IMG/VR virus record: IMGVR_UViG_3300016466_000859
Location: 66,948 to 130,947 of that record
Strand: one strand, 5' to 3'
DNA length: 64,000 bases
DNA from: a virus
The translations under genes and the position numbers were made by a program. The notes beneath the pieces are model-generated. The model was given only the letters and a program-made list of their open reading frames with translations, was not told where the DNA came from and made no database searches. Within the stretch, counting starts at the first letter, position 1, and every line of letters begins with the position of its first letter. Below are positions 17,566 through 26,591 of this stretch, in pieces.

Positions 17566-17598
17566 GGGATCATAATAGACGTATATTTATCGTCTGTG

Positions 17599-18417
17599 CT
17601 AGTCCATGAAAAATCGCTGGTACCATGGCAGCATTTCGGTCTGATAATCTACTTCTATGTCCTTGAGTTGATTGTACACGATCTTTTTAGTAATATCAAG
17701 TCGTTCTTGTTTAGTTTTTGCTCCTAAAACCACCACTATGAAGTTGCGATTGTTTTTTTCCACCATGAGTGCCACACACCACCCCGCGGCTGACGTAAAT
17801 CCGGTCTTAGAAATAACGATCTCGTCGAACTCAAACAGCAAAGGACGATTGGTATTTTCCAGTTCGATGGTGCGAACACGCTGCCGAAGATTGATGTCAA
17901 ACAGAACCTGTTTCTGCACCGAAGTCTCTACTATAAAAGGATACAAAGCCGCGGCCTTGATCAATTCTATCACTTCTCCTGCAGTGGCACGATTATTGGC
18001 ACTTAGGCCCGACGCATCTTCGAATCGAGCGGTAGCCATGCCCAATTTCTTAGCTCGATGATTCATGGCTCGTATAAAAGCCTTCTCGCCACCAGGGAAA
18101 TCAGCGGCCATGGCATCAGCGGCACGGTTGTCGCTCCTGATCAGCATGGCCCGCATGATGTCACGTCTTGTGTGCAGACCGGCTGGCAACTTTCCGCCAG
18201 GTTTGATTACAATATAACGATCTAAGTTGCGATCATGATCTAGAGCTATCATGGCTGTCATGATTTTGGTAATGCTGGCAATGCTCCTGGGTATGTTGGA
18301 GTTATTGCCCATTATTACCTCACCGCGTGTGGTGTCATATAAAATCACCGACGAATCGCGTGTCTGTGCTGACGCTGAACTAAAAACGACAAATAATAAA
18401 AATACAAAATATTTCAT
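17599..18417 (-). CDS. D-Ala-D-Ala carboxypeptidase/endopeptidase (peptidase S11, PBP7-like)
   Basis: Signal peptide; SITK (SxxK), SDN (SxN), FEDASGL, KTG. Confidence 0.9.
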   Translation of the reverse strand: MKYFVFLLFVVFSSASAQTRDSSVILYDTTRGEVIMGNNSNIPRSIASITKIMTAMIALDHDRNLDRYIVIKPGGKLPAGLHTRRDIMRAMLIRSDNRAADAMAADFPGGEKAFIRAMNHRAKKLGMATARFEDASGLSANNRATAGEVIELIKAAALYPFIVETSVQKQVLFDINLRQRVRTIELENTNRPLLFEFDEIVISKTGFTSAAGWCVALMVEKNNRNFIVVVLGAKTKQERLDITKKIVYNQLKDIEVDYQTEMLPWYQRFFMD

Positions 18418-18806
18418 GGTTTCTGATAATCAGATTTTCGATAATTGGCTTGCCCGGGAATCACGCCACGCACACCACCCACCGGATCTTCTACATCGCC
18501 TTTTCTGCGAGGAATTAAATGTATGTGTGGATACATGACTGTCTGCCCAGCAGATTCTCCCATGTTCATCCCGATATTAAATCCATCACATTCGTTTCGA
18601 TCTACCATGATCTGCCCTTCTAGCCAGGCTTCATAGAGAGTACTCATCATTGATACCGGATCTATGTTCTTTGGTACAAATAACAGATGTCCTTGGGTAA
18701 CAGGATACCGATCGCGAAACACTATATAAGTCATGCCATCTCGAACCCAATCATCCCAAGGAATGCGGCCTTGATTTTTAGCTAGATAATAATTGTCATG
18801 TAACAT
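18414..18806 (-). CDS. HIT-family hydrolase
   Basis: PVTQGHLLFVP, AGQTVMYPHIHLIPR. Confidence 0.9.
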   Translation of the reverse strand: MLHDNYYLAKNQGRIPWDDWVRDGMTYIVFRDRYPVTQGHLLFVPKNIDPVSMMSTLYEAWLEGQIMVDRNECDGFNIGMNMGESAGQTVMYPHIHLIPRRKGDVEDPVGGVRGVIPGQANYRKSDYQKP

Positions 18807-18808
18807 GT

Positions 18809-19385
18809 TTATATCCTAATGTGTTGTTTTTGGACAAATACCTCTTTTACTAGATCGATTGATTCATGGAAGTGTATGCTAAACCATATCCTAGATTTGT
18901 CATTGAACACTCGGTGATATTGAGTGATGTTGATGATGGTTGGCAACATGTTTTTACCAGTGTAGTAAAAATCATTTTTATCATCGGGATCATAAACCAC
19001 TCCCACAGCGTCATTTTTGTGTAACGGATATACTAGGCTAGCTTGCCCGTTTTTGATGCTGTCGCGATGTCGAGGTACATCGCGGCTGCTGTAACAGATA
19101 GTAGCAGGAGTGAATGTGAGCTCAGGCAATGCTGTATGGAATCGTTGTTGCAGGTCTTCGGTTTCTGGCAAACCACCCATGACAAAGAAATCTTCGCTGG
19201 GGCCACTCTTAGAGATCCAGCCGCCGCTGGGAATTTCTGCCACTACACTGGCACCATTTTCGTATAACACATGATCACGATACTTGTTGGTTTTGATAAA
19301 TTCTTCGGCTATGCCGGTGATTTTTTTAATCATTGGCTCCCACTCGTAATCAATGTAGATCGCAGGATGGAATCCCAACAGCATC
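18809..19385 (-). CDS. Possible 2OG-Fe(II) oxygenase-fold protein
   Basis: HRD (HxD), YHRV, RIWFSI; TGATG coupling to the upstream gene. Confidence 0.5.
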
Positions 19386-19965
19386 ACACATGTTCCTCGT
19401 TGGGATTCCAGCGACACCACCATTCTTCCCAGGGAAACACGATCCATTGTGGATCTTCGAACTTGTTAATGGTCTCAGCGGCATAGTTGGGATGCAATGT
19501 GCTTTCGCTGCTTTCGTTGTCATAGAGCACTGCTACACGCACGTTTTTGCCCCAGACCTCGGACCAACGTGGGTGGTTGGGCAAACATCCACTGGGCCAA
19601 TCTTTTTTTATCCAATTCAGCGTGGCACCTGAATCATTGATGTCATCTACGATCAAGATGTTTTTGGCGTGTAAGGAATAATCAAAATCGGCCAAGGTCT
19701 GTTCTTCCTTTGGTACATAACCAAATGCGTCTTCGGCCATCCAAAGATTGCTCTCACAATCTCCGTCCTCGCCGCCGTCGCGTAACTTTACCTTGAGAGT
19801 TTCCATGGGACGATCGAGATACTGGCTTATCAGATTGGCCGGAGTCAGTCCTCCTCGAGTGATACCAACCACATAATCGGGCACCCATTGATCCAACCAC
19901 ATTTGACGGATCAATTCTTGAACTTGTCGTTGGACATCGTTCCAACTCACATAGACTTTTTTCAT
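19384..19965 (-). CDS. Type I phosphoribosyltransferase (Gpt-like)
   Basis: VVGITRGGL, ILIVDDINDSGAT PRPP loop, WIVFPWE. Confidence 0.9.
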   Translation of the reverse strand: MKKVYVSWNDVQRQVQELIRQMWLDQWVPDYVVGITRGGLTPANLISQYLDRPMETLKVKLRDGGEDGDCESNLWMAEDAFGYVPKEEQTLADFDYSLHAKNILIVDDINDSGATLNWIKKDWPSGCLPNHPRWSEVWGKNVRVAVLYDNESSESTLHPNYAAETINKFEDPQWIVFPWEEWWCRWNPNEEHV

Positions 19966-20351
19966 CGCTTCAATGTCTCCCAGACCTCGCGCTTTTCGTG
20001 TAATTCTTTTTCCTTTGCACGGTATTCATCGCCGATCTTGCGTAGTTCCTCAAATTCTTTTTCAAGGTCAGGATCAAATTTAATCAAACTCAGTTGTCGA
20101 CGAATTCCTTCTAGGATTTCCATGAGGCTGTGCTCACCGATCTCGATGTCGGCGTTTTCGCCCGTGAGTTTGATTTTCGCACCACCGTTGAGTGTGGTCA
20201 ATGCTGTATCAGTGAAAGTCCATGGTCCCGAGGTACCGTCAGTGACGGTGACAGTGCCGGGATAAGGGGTAGCCGGCAAAGTCACTGACATGTTGCCGGC
20301 AGCGTCAGTGGTCCACACTGGCGGCAGCACGTTGTTGGAGGTATTGATCAT
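19962..20351 (-). CDS. Hypothetical phage protein
   Basis: Coupled ORF. Confidence 0.65.
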   Translation of the reverse strand: MINTSNNVLPPVWTTDAAGNMSVTLPATPYPGTVTVTDGTSGPWTFTDTALTTLNGGAKIKLTGENADIEIGEHSLMEILEGIRRQLSLIKFDPDLEKEFEELRKIGDEYRAKEKELHEKREVWETLKR

Positions 20352-20775
20352 TGCGTATCCATTTGTTGTTGACTAGGAATCCCCATTCTCGAAGTTGTGG
20401 CCCAGGCATGAATAGTGTCCAAGCAGTTACACCGGGAACCAGTTCAATGCGATGATAAGAACGAGATGAGCAAACACGGAAATGGCCAGGGCCGCGCCAG
20501 TGTCGAGTTTCTCCGACCTGTAGGCCTTGCGAATCGAACTCAGGAATCCATTCATAATATCCTCCCTTGAGTATCAGAGTAGCGTAAGGCCATGGATGGT
20601 CATGCACGTCATCGGGATCTGACTTAAGAAATTTGTGAACGAATATATTAAAGGGGAACCACTTTCGGTCTCGAAGGAAAACATAATATCGCTCCAGATA
20701 AGGTTCTTGGTCAGCACGATCCATGATCACTCTATGGCGACCCAGTCGTGTCATGATCCTTTTAAGCAACGGCAT
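20305..20775 (-). CDS. Cupin-fold hypothetical protein
   Basis: VHDHPW, GGYYE, SYHRIEL, REWGF. Confidence 0.7.
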   Translation of the reverse strand: MPLLKRIMTRLGRHRVIMDRADQEPYLERYYVFLRDRKWFPFNIFVHKFLKSDPDDVHDHPWPYATLILKGGYYEWIPEFDSQGLQVGETRHWRGPGHFRVCSSRSYHRIELVPGVTAWTLFMPGPQLREWGFLVNNKWIRNDQYLQQRAAASVDH

Positions 20776-20974
20776 TTTTGAGGTTTTCGCCAAGTGAGTG
20801 GATCTGTTCGCTGGTGAGGAAAAAATTGTAACTGCTTTCTTGCGTCTTTTCTCCGTCGTCGTTGTATTGTTCTCCGGTGAATACCAGATGCTTGAGATCC
20901 GCTGGTGCGGCACAGTCGGCAACAGTGACTCTTAATTTGAAACTTGGATGATCTTTAGCTAGGAAGGTTTTCAT
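20762..20974 (-). CDS. Small hypothetical protein
   Basis: AGAG SD, 70 aa. Confidence 0.6.
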   Translation of the reverse strand: MKTFLAKDHPSFKLRVTVADCAAPADLKHLVFTGEQYNDDGEKTQESSYNFFLTSEQIHSLGENLKNAVA

Positions 20975-20984
20975 AATTTCTCTC

Positions 20985-21719
20985 TTATCTGGGTGCAAAG
21001 TCTTGTTGTAGTTTGATATTGTCCATGAACTCTTTTTTTACAGCAGGATCGGTTTGGAAAGCGCCATGCAACACTGTGGTCTGGGTGAGGCTGGAATGTG
21101 CCATGATGCCGCGATTTTCGCAACAGCCATGCGTGGCCTGGATGTAAACTCCCACGTCTTTGCTATCAGTGGCCCGCATGATCTCGCGTGCGATGTCGTT
21201 GCAGAGTTCTTCTTGCAAGGTACCACGCCGGCTGCACCATTGTGCGATACGAGTGTATTTGCTCAATCCAATCAGTTTTTCTGCAGCCAGAATGCCAATA
21301 TAAGCAACGCCAGAAACGGGTTGGTGATGATGACTACACATACTACGAATTTCACTACGAACCACAAGCATGCCTGTGTAGCGGTCCTCGCTGTCATTAG
21401 GAAACGCTGTGCAATCGGGTGCTGGATCATATCTACCTTCCATGATTTCATTATAGTACATCTTGGCCAGGCGGCGGGCGGTGCCCTTGGAATTTGGATC
21501 GGTCTCACGATCGATCAAGAGACGATCCAACACCAGCTCGAACGCTTCGGTGGCTTCATCGATCAAGACCTTCTTCATCTCGGGATACACATAGTCCGAG
21601 ATGTTGTCTCCAGCCCAGAAGCGTTTTCCCTGTGATCGCATGTTGGCCCGGATGGCGTCGCTGAGGTATGTGCCTTTGCTGTCTTTGGGCTGTGCGTATT
21701 CATTAAATTTTACTGTCAT
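20985..21719 (-). CDS. folE: GTP cyclohydrolase I
   Basis: TARRLAKM, SMCSHHH, GLSKYTRI, LQEE, HGCCENRG. Confidence 0.95.
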   Translation of the reverse strand: MTVKFNEYAQPKDSKGTYLSDAIRANMRSQGKRFWAGDNISDYVYPEMKKVLIDEATEAFELVLDRLLIDRETDPNSKGTARRLAKMYYNEIMEGRYDPAPDCTAFPNDSEDRYTGMLVVRSEIRSMCSHHHQPVSGVAYIGILAAEKLIGLSKYTRIAQWCSRRGTLQEELCNDIAREIMRATDSKDVGVYIQATHGCCENRGIMAHSSLTQTTVLHGAFQTDPAVKKEFMDNIKLQQDFAPR

Positions 21720-21766
21720 AATTTCTCCGAGTTATAGGCGGTGGATCGCCGGGTATGATACTACTG

Positions 21767-21795
21767 ATTATAGAGTATATTTAGGTCGCTGTCAA
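21767..21795 (-). promoter_or_regulatory. Sigma70-like promoter with nested TAAATA box
   Basis: TTGACA-17-TATAAT; TAAATA at 21778-21783 inside the spacer. Confidence 0.75.
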
Positions 21796-22370
21796 ATTAT
21801 ACGAATTTTTCTAAGGTCCGGATATGTTTTAGGTTGTGGTTGGTTGTTGTGAGTTCCTAATATCGTTAAACCGATCTCTGCTTCTTCGGGTGTAGGACGA
21901 TAATGATATCCGATTTCGAACACCTGTTGATCTTGCCATGGTGATATGTCTAGATCTCTGCCATCGTATCTTTGTCGTATGACCTTTTGGTAGAATCGTT
22001 CATCGTCAGTGAGTATGGCTCCGCCACGACCTATCTCCAAAGGCTTGTCGAATCCAAAACTCAAACATTGTAGCATGCCGGGACGATACATGTTTTCCCG
22101 TAACAATCTCGCCGAATCCCATATCCTTGACCCGTGAAATTGGTATTCACCGATCCATTCTTCGTCGAGGTGTTCATATCCGATGTCAAGACGTCGTAGA
22201 ATCATAGGTACACTGAGATAAGTGTAGGCCGTGAATCTCACAAATTTAGGTCGATCATAGCGGAAACACAATTCAAGTGCGTGCGTACAACAATCTGTCA
22301 TGATCACATAAGGTGCACCGGTATAGTTGGCCAATGCTTGTTCGAAGTCTGCAATGCTGTTAAATGACAT
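21792..22370 (-). CDS. Miniature DegT-like PLP-dependent aminotransferase
   Basis: TDCCTHAL, WDSA, SFGFDKPL, GGAILTDD; only 192 aa. Confidence 0.72.
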   Translation of the reverse strand: MSFNSIADFEQALANYTGAPYVIMTDCCTHALELCFRYDRPKFVRFTAYTYLSVPMILRRLDIGYEHLDEEWIGEYQFHGSRIWDSARLLRENMYRPGMLQCLSFGFDKPLEIGRGGAILTDDERFYQKVIRQRYDGRDLDISPWQDQQVFEIGYHYRPTPEEAEIGLTILGTHNNQPQPKTYPDLRKIRII

Positions 22371-23358
22371 CTCGTTGATACCATTCCCATGCGTGTTCGA
22401 TCATTTCATATAAATCGTATCGGGGCCGCCACGAAGAATCGCGCATGAGTTTGTTAGCCGAAGCAGTCAATAACGCAGGATCGCCTTCGCGCCGCGGTCC
22501 GAATTTTGGTGGCCAATGTGTGCCAGTCACTTGTTCGGCGATCTTGACTACATCGAGATTGCTGGCGCCTTGGTTGGTGCCGATATTATAGACGCCGCAC
22601 AGTCCTTCCTCGATGGCCACGCGGATTGCAGAAGCGATGTCAGCGACATGTATGTAATCTCGCACACAAGTACCGTCGGGTGTAGCAAAATCGTCGCCGT
22701 TGACAACGAATTCTTTTTGATTGATCACTGACTCAAGATAACGAGCAATGATATGCGTGGCGGCTTTTTCCTGTCCGTGCCGGCCCTGGGGATCGGCGCC
22801 ACACACATTGAAGAAACGGAAAGCGGTATACTTGATGCCATACGCTCTCGCATAATCAGCAAGGATCTGTTCAAACATAAGTTTGCTGTGTCCATACGGC
22901 GAGATGGGTACCGTAGGACCATCTTCATTGAGTGGAACAACACTGGGATCGGGATTGCCGTAAGTGGCTGCTGAACTGGCAAAAATGAAATGTGCATCGG
23001 GTTGATACTTGCGCACGACGTCTAACAAACGTATAGATCGAGCAACATTGTTTTCGTAATACTCGCTGGGATCGGTCATTGATGGCCCCACGAGACTGGT
23101 GCCAGCACAATGAACTATGATATCGGGTCGACATTCGACCACGAAATCCAAAGTTTGATCGCTGTCGAAACTAGATTCAATGGTCGAGGACCAGGCTTGG
23201 CTGATTGGCCTACGTCGGCGATCTACTCCTATGACGGTATAGCCATGGTCGATGAGTTCTAAACCAACTTGACCCCCAATATACCCTCCAGCACCAGTGA
23301 CCAATGCGGTCTTATCAATACTTCGTTTCACTGGTATGCTTTCGATAATCTCTTCCAT
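22360..23358 (-). CDS. galE: UDP-glucose 4-epimerase-like (GalE)
   Basis: TGAGGYIG, YYENN, SSAATYG, YGHSK, RFFNVCG, DGTCVRDYIHV, RREGDP. Confidence 0.85.
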   Translation of the reverse strand: MEEIIESIPVKRSIDKTALVTGAGGYIGGQVGLELIDHGYTVIGVDRRRRPISQAWSSTIESSFDSDQTLDFVVECRPDIIVHCAGTSLVGPSMTDPSEYYENNVARSIRLLDVVRKYQPDAHFIFASSAATYGNPDPSVVPLNEDGPTVPISPYGHSKLMFEQILADYARAYGIKYTAFRFFNVCGADPQGRHGQEKAATHIIARYLESVINQKEFVVNGDDFATPDGTCVRDYIHVADIASAIRVAIEEGLCGVYNIGTNQGASNLDVVKIAEQVTGTHWPPKFGPRREGDPALLTASANKLMRDSSWRPRYDLYEMIEHAWEWYQRDVI

Positions 23359-24493
23359 CACGCAGGAATCGTTGGCCACTGCCTTCCAAGATGTCGCAGA
23401 TACGATCGATGGTTCCATCGTTGTAATCGGAGATGGCACCCATCCTTGGATGCGGTGCTTCCAGCAAGGGTTTGAGTTTGTCAATGGCATCATCTAAACT
23501 CCAAGGGACATAGAGACGGGTATGATCATTAGCAAAAGTCTCAGGAAAACTACGGTACGCAGGGTATAGAACATTGCAACCAAGAGTGTCTGCTTCCGAG
23601 ACTGTGTTGGAAACCCAGTCTTGGAGGGCGCAATTAAACAGCACACGACTATCATTGAGTAGAGCGTAGTAATCATTTTTCTCTAGATCCTCGTGCAAGG
23701 TCAGCATGCCATGGGCCTGTAGATCTCGTGTGCGTTGCATATAGCTGTCGTTGTTGCTACGGAGCTTGGCGCCTGAGAAGATGGCGAACTCCACGCCTGA
23801 ATCAGGATAACGACGATGCCACTCTTCGATGATGTCCATGTAAAAGTCAGGTTGCTTTTCTTGATCCCAGCGAGCGGCAAAACCCACTCGTCGAGCACGG
23901 TCCTGGAAAGGCTTTAGTTCGCCTGGCACACGGCCACGCACTTCGTCTTTGCCAAAGGCAAGTCCGGAGATATTGTAGATTGGGGCTTCCCAGCCAGCGA
24001 TTTTCATGTGTGCCACCATCTCTTCGTTGGTAGCCAGGACCATGTCTACGAATGAGTCCACCATCTTTTCATACGTTGACATCCATTTGCCCATGCCCCA
24101 GACATGAACGAAGTCGTCGGGATCGATAGTTTGTGCAAGACAACGAACGGCAATACGAGGGCGGAGGGCAGGATCGATTTGATCCATAATGTAAGGCAAG
24201 CTCTCGATACCGGGCTGGAACATATCTTCAAAATAGATGACATCTTCTCCTGTGACTTCTCCGGCCTTCATTTTCTTGACGAGATTCATGAGCTGGCTCA
24301 TACCAAAATAGGTACGCCCGTGTGCATCCAAGACCTGTCCTGTGACGATGGCTTTGTCGTTGCTGAGCGTCTCACCGGGCACGATCTCATAATCAATACC
24401 TCGACGCTCGAACACCGCCCGATTCCACTCTTGTAGTTGAAGAGTGTACCGAGCTTTGTAGGGCTCTAAGCCCATGTACCAAAGTTTTCTCAT
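23315..24493 (-). CDS. GT-B glycosyltransferase
   Basis: RWDQEKQP, EADTLGC (Ex7E-like region), YPAYRSFPE. Confidence 0.72.
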   Translation of the reverse strand: MRKLWYMGLEPYKARYTLQLQEWNRAVFERRGIDYEIVPGETLSNDKAIVTGQVLDAHGRTYFGMSQLMNLVKKMKAGEVTGEDVIYFEDMFQPGIESLPYIMDQIDPALRPRIAVRCLAQTIDPDDFVHVWGMGKWMSTYEKMVDSFVDMVLATNEEMVAHMKIAGWEAPIYNISGLAFGKDEVRGRVPGELKPFQDRARRVGFAARWDQEKQPDFYMDIIEEWHRRYPDSGVEFAIFSGAKLRSNNDSYMQRTRDLQAHGMLTLHEDLEKNDYYALLNDSRVLFNCALQDWVSNTVSEADTLGCNVLYPAYRSFPETFANDHTRLYVPWSLDDAIDKLKPLLEAPHPRMGAISDYNDGTIDRICDILEGSGQRFLRDGRDYRKHTSETKY

Positions 24494-24768
24494 CGATGAT
24501 TGTTCCTGTTATTCCACCCACCTTCGCGTTTTTCAAAACGTGGTTTGTTGGGATCACGCGGTTTCCAATACCACATGTCGCGGGCCCAACCTTTGGTGGC
24601 TTTGCGTTGCAGTTCTCCCCAGGGACCGTACTCTTTGTAGAGTTTGGCTTCATCAAAGGGGTGACCATGCTCCACACAAAATGCACGATATTGGTCGAGG
24701 TCGTCGAAGATCTGGTCAACCTCGGGCTTCATTTTAAGATATTTTTCCAACCACTTGGGATTAGACAT
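24490..24768 (-). CDS. Hypothetical phage protein
   Basis: ATGA-coupled to the GT gene. Confidence 0.65.
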   Translation of the reverse strand: MSNPKWLEKYLKMKPEVDQIFDDLDQYRAFCVEHGHPFDEAKLYKEYGPWGELQRKATKGWARDMWYWKPRDPNKPRFEKREGGWNNRNNHR

Positions 24769-24788
24769 TGCTACTTTCCTTTTTAGTA

Positions 24789-25283
24789 TTAAACAGAAAG
24801 GGTTTGAGGACGGTGAGTTTCGTATTTGATGAGGCAGCCGTTCTCACCATCTTCGGCAACCTCAATCCAGACGCTACGGCCAGGATACTTTTGCGCGATC
24901 TGTAAATACAGATCGTCGGCGATCATTTCGCAACTTTTGTAGTTGAGTTCTAGTACTGAATTTTGATTATGGGAAACGGCCCGATCACGCAAGACATCGG
25001 ATCCTGCGGAGTTGGTGTACAACGACAAGAGCCAACGCTTGAACTGGATGAACTCGATGTCCCGGTCGTTGTGGAACACAGAGATCCACACCCGGAAATG
25101 GAAAATATGGCGATGAGGACTAGCAAGGAACGAAACATCATATTCATCTCCTGTGGCCAACCGGGGATCGGTAGCGGCTGCAGGGTATTTATGAATACCT
25201 TCTCGTTGAAAAGTGACCCAGATCTTTCGATCTGCAACATCTACGATTCGATCTATTGTTTCTCTTTGTTGTTGTGTGATCAT
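24789..25283 (-). CDS. dpdL: QueD-paralogous T-fold protein, DpdL-like (candidate CDG decarboxylase)
   Basis: FLASPHRHIF fits the LxxxHRHxF motif I recall being reported for DpdL; KSCEMIA and EVAEDGENG resemble T-fold C-terminal motifs. Confidence 0.62.
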   Translation of the reverse strand: MITQQQRETIDRIVDVADRKIWVTFQREGIHKYPAAATDPRLATGDEYDVSFLASPHRHIFHFRVWISVFHNDRDIEFIQFKRWLLSLYTNSAGSDVLRDRAVSHNQNSVLELNYKSCEMIADDLYLQIAQKYPGRSVWIEVAEDGENGCLIKYETHRPQTLSV

Positions 25284-25289
25284 GATTAA

Positions 25290-25318
25290 ATTTTATGTGA
25301 TTTTCTATTAGATGTCAA
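25290..25318 (-). promoter_or_regulatory. Sigma70-like promoter, probable leaderless transcript
   Basis: TTGACA-17-TAAAAT-6 nt-ATG. Confidence 0.65.
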
Positions 25319-25330
25319 ACTTCTTGGACG

Positions 25331-25663
25331 CTATAGATGTTCTTTTTTCGCTAGGGTTTTTAGGATTTGGAGGCGTTCATGAGCTTCTTGTAATCCAGGA
25401 TGTTGGCGACACAATTCTTCAAATTCCCGATCTTCTCGCATTTTCTCTCGCGCCCACTGCATGATCTCTTCGGCTTCTCTGTCTAGACCTATTTCAGCAT
25501 GTCCACCGAAGTCCATCCAGTTGGAACCGTCATACACTTCCGTGCGATTGTTCTGTGTGTTATACCTCAGCATACCTGCGCTTTGCTGGTTCCCTACATA
25601 AGGACTAGCAGGACTGGCATTCACACGTATCCAACGGCTGTCTGAAGACATGGTGCGGATCAT
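25331..25663 (-). CDS. Hypothetical phage protein
   Basis: Coupled ORF. Confidence 0.7.
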   Translation of the reverse strand: MIRTMSSDSRWIRVNASPASPYVGNQQSAGMLRYNTQNNRTEVYDGSNWMDFGGHAEIGLDREAEEIMQWAREKMREDREFEELCRQHPGLQEAHERLQILKTLAKKEHL

Positions 25664-25998
25664 GATTGCCTCATGGATTCCATGGTTATGATCTTGCCCA
25701 ATTCTAAGTTGAAATCCTGCTCGTCGGTGATGATGTAACTGCGATCTTCTGAACGATCTGTTTTACGATCGTAGATCCGGAAGCTGACCACAAAGCCGCC
25801 GATCATTTTCTTGATACCAATGCGTAGACCGTCGTTCCAGGGAGTGACGTCTTCTTCTATGATGCCTCGCCCTGCCAGTTTGTTTATAGCAGTTGATGAC
25901 TGAAGAGCAGGTTCCGCACTGTCACGATTTTCCCAGGCCCACTGCCACTTGCGGAAGAACCATCTATCAATCCATTTCATTATCATTATTCTCTCCAA
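25660..25998 (-). CDS. Hypothetical phage protein
   Basis: Coupled ORF. Confidence 0.7.
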   Translation of the reverse strand: MERIMIMKWIDRWFFRKWQWAWENRDSAEPALQSSTAINKLAGRGIIEEDVTPWNDGLRIGIKKMIGGFVVSFRIYDRKTDRSEDRSYIITDEQDFNLELGKIITMESMRQS

Positions 25999-26591
25999 TA
26001 GTTATCGCCATCGGGATATTGGCTGTCCAACACCTGAACTTCTTTGTCACGAACCACCTCGTCTTTTTCGTACTGGCTCCAATCTGTAAATCTATCTCGC
26101 GGCATCAGGTCTCTGAGTTCATGCACCCATACACCAGGATTGGTGGCAGCGAAGTCTCGATCATCGATCTTTACACAGGTATTGTAGTTCCAAAGTTTTG
26201 TATAAGGGATGGGCACCTTGATGATGGGAATGAATCGATCACGTTCACACAGACCACCTTCATGAAATTCTTCTACATACTGGAAAGGAATGTCTAGGCT
26301 ACACCAGTATCCGCGATCCAAGAATGTCATAATAACATTTTCCCAACCGGTATGGTCGGCGTCGGTCTTGGGTTGATAGCTGTCGTTGGCACCAAAGAAG
26401 ATGTGCTTTATACTTCGATCGTGGGTGAGATATTGCTCGATTTTTTCCTGTGTATGATAGCCCACTACAAACAAGGTATCCATTCCAAAAGCAGGAGTGT
26501 GTTCCACTTCCTGTCCATAGAAAAAATCAATGTCGTTGTGTCCTTGCCTATCCATGTCGTCCCCAATTGATCCTGTTCCAAATTCGTTCAT
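25986..26591 (-). CDS. Hypothetical protein in the deazaguanine cluster
   Basis: FFYGQEVEHTPAFG, HIFFGAN, VKIDDRDFAATNPGVWVH; lies between dpdL-like and dpdA. Confidence 0.75.
   Translation of the reverse strand: MNEFGTGSIGDDMDRQGHNDIDFFYGQEVEHTPAFGMDTLFVVGYHTQEKIEQYLTHDRSIKHIFFGANDSYQPKTDADHTGWENVIMTFLDRGYWCSLDIPFQYVEEFHEGGLCERDRFIPIIKVPIPYTKLWNYNTCVKIDDRDFAATNPGVWVHELRDLMPRDRFTDWSQYEKDEVVRDKEVQVLDSQYPDGDNYWRE

Noticed and set aside
21054-21635. 193-aa plus-strand ORF (and similar plus-strand ORFs such as 33337-33798, 43664-44221, 51253-51768, 52804-53268)
   Set aside because: Antisense shadows of well-supported minus-strand genes (folE, polB, dps, clpA, dnaJ); no motifs or SD
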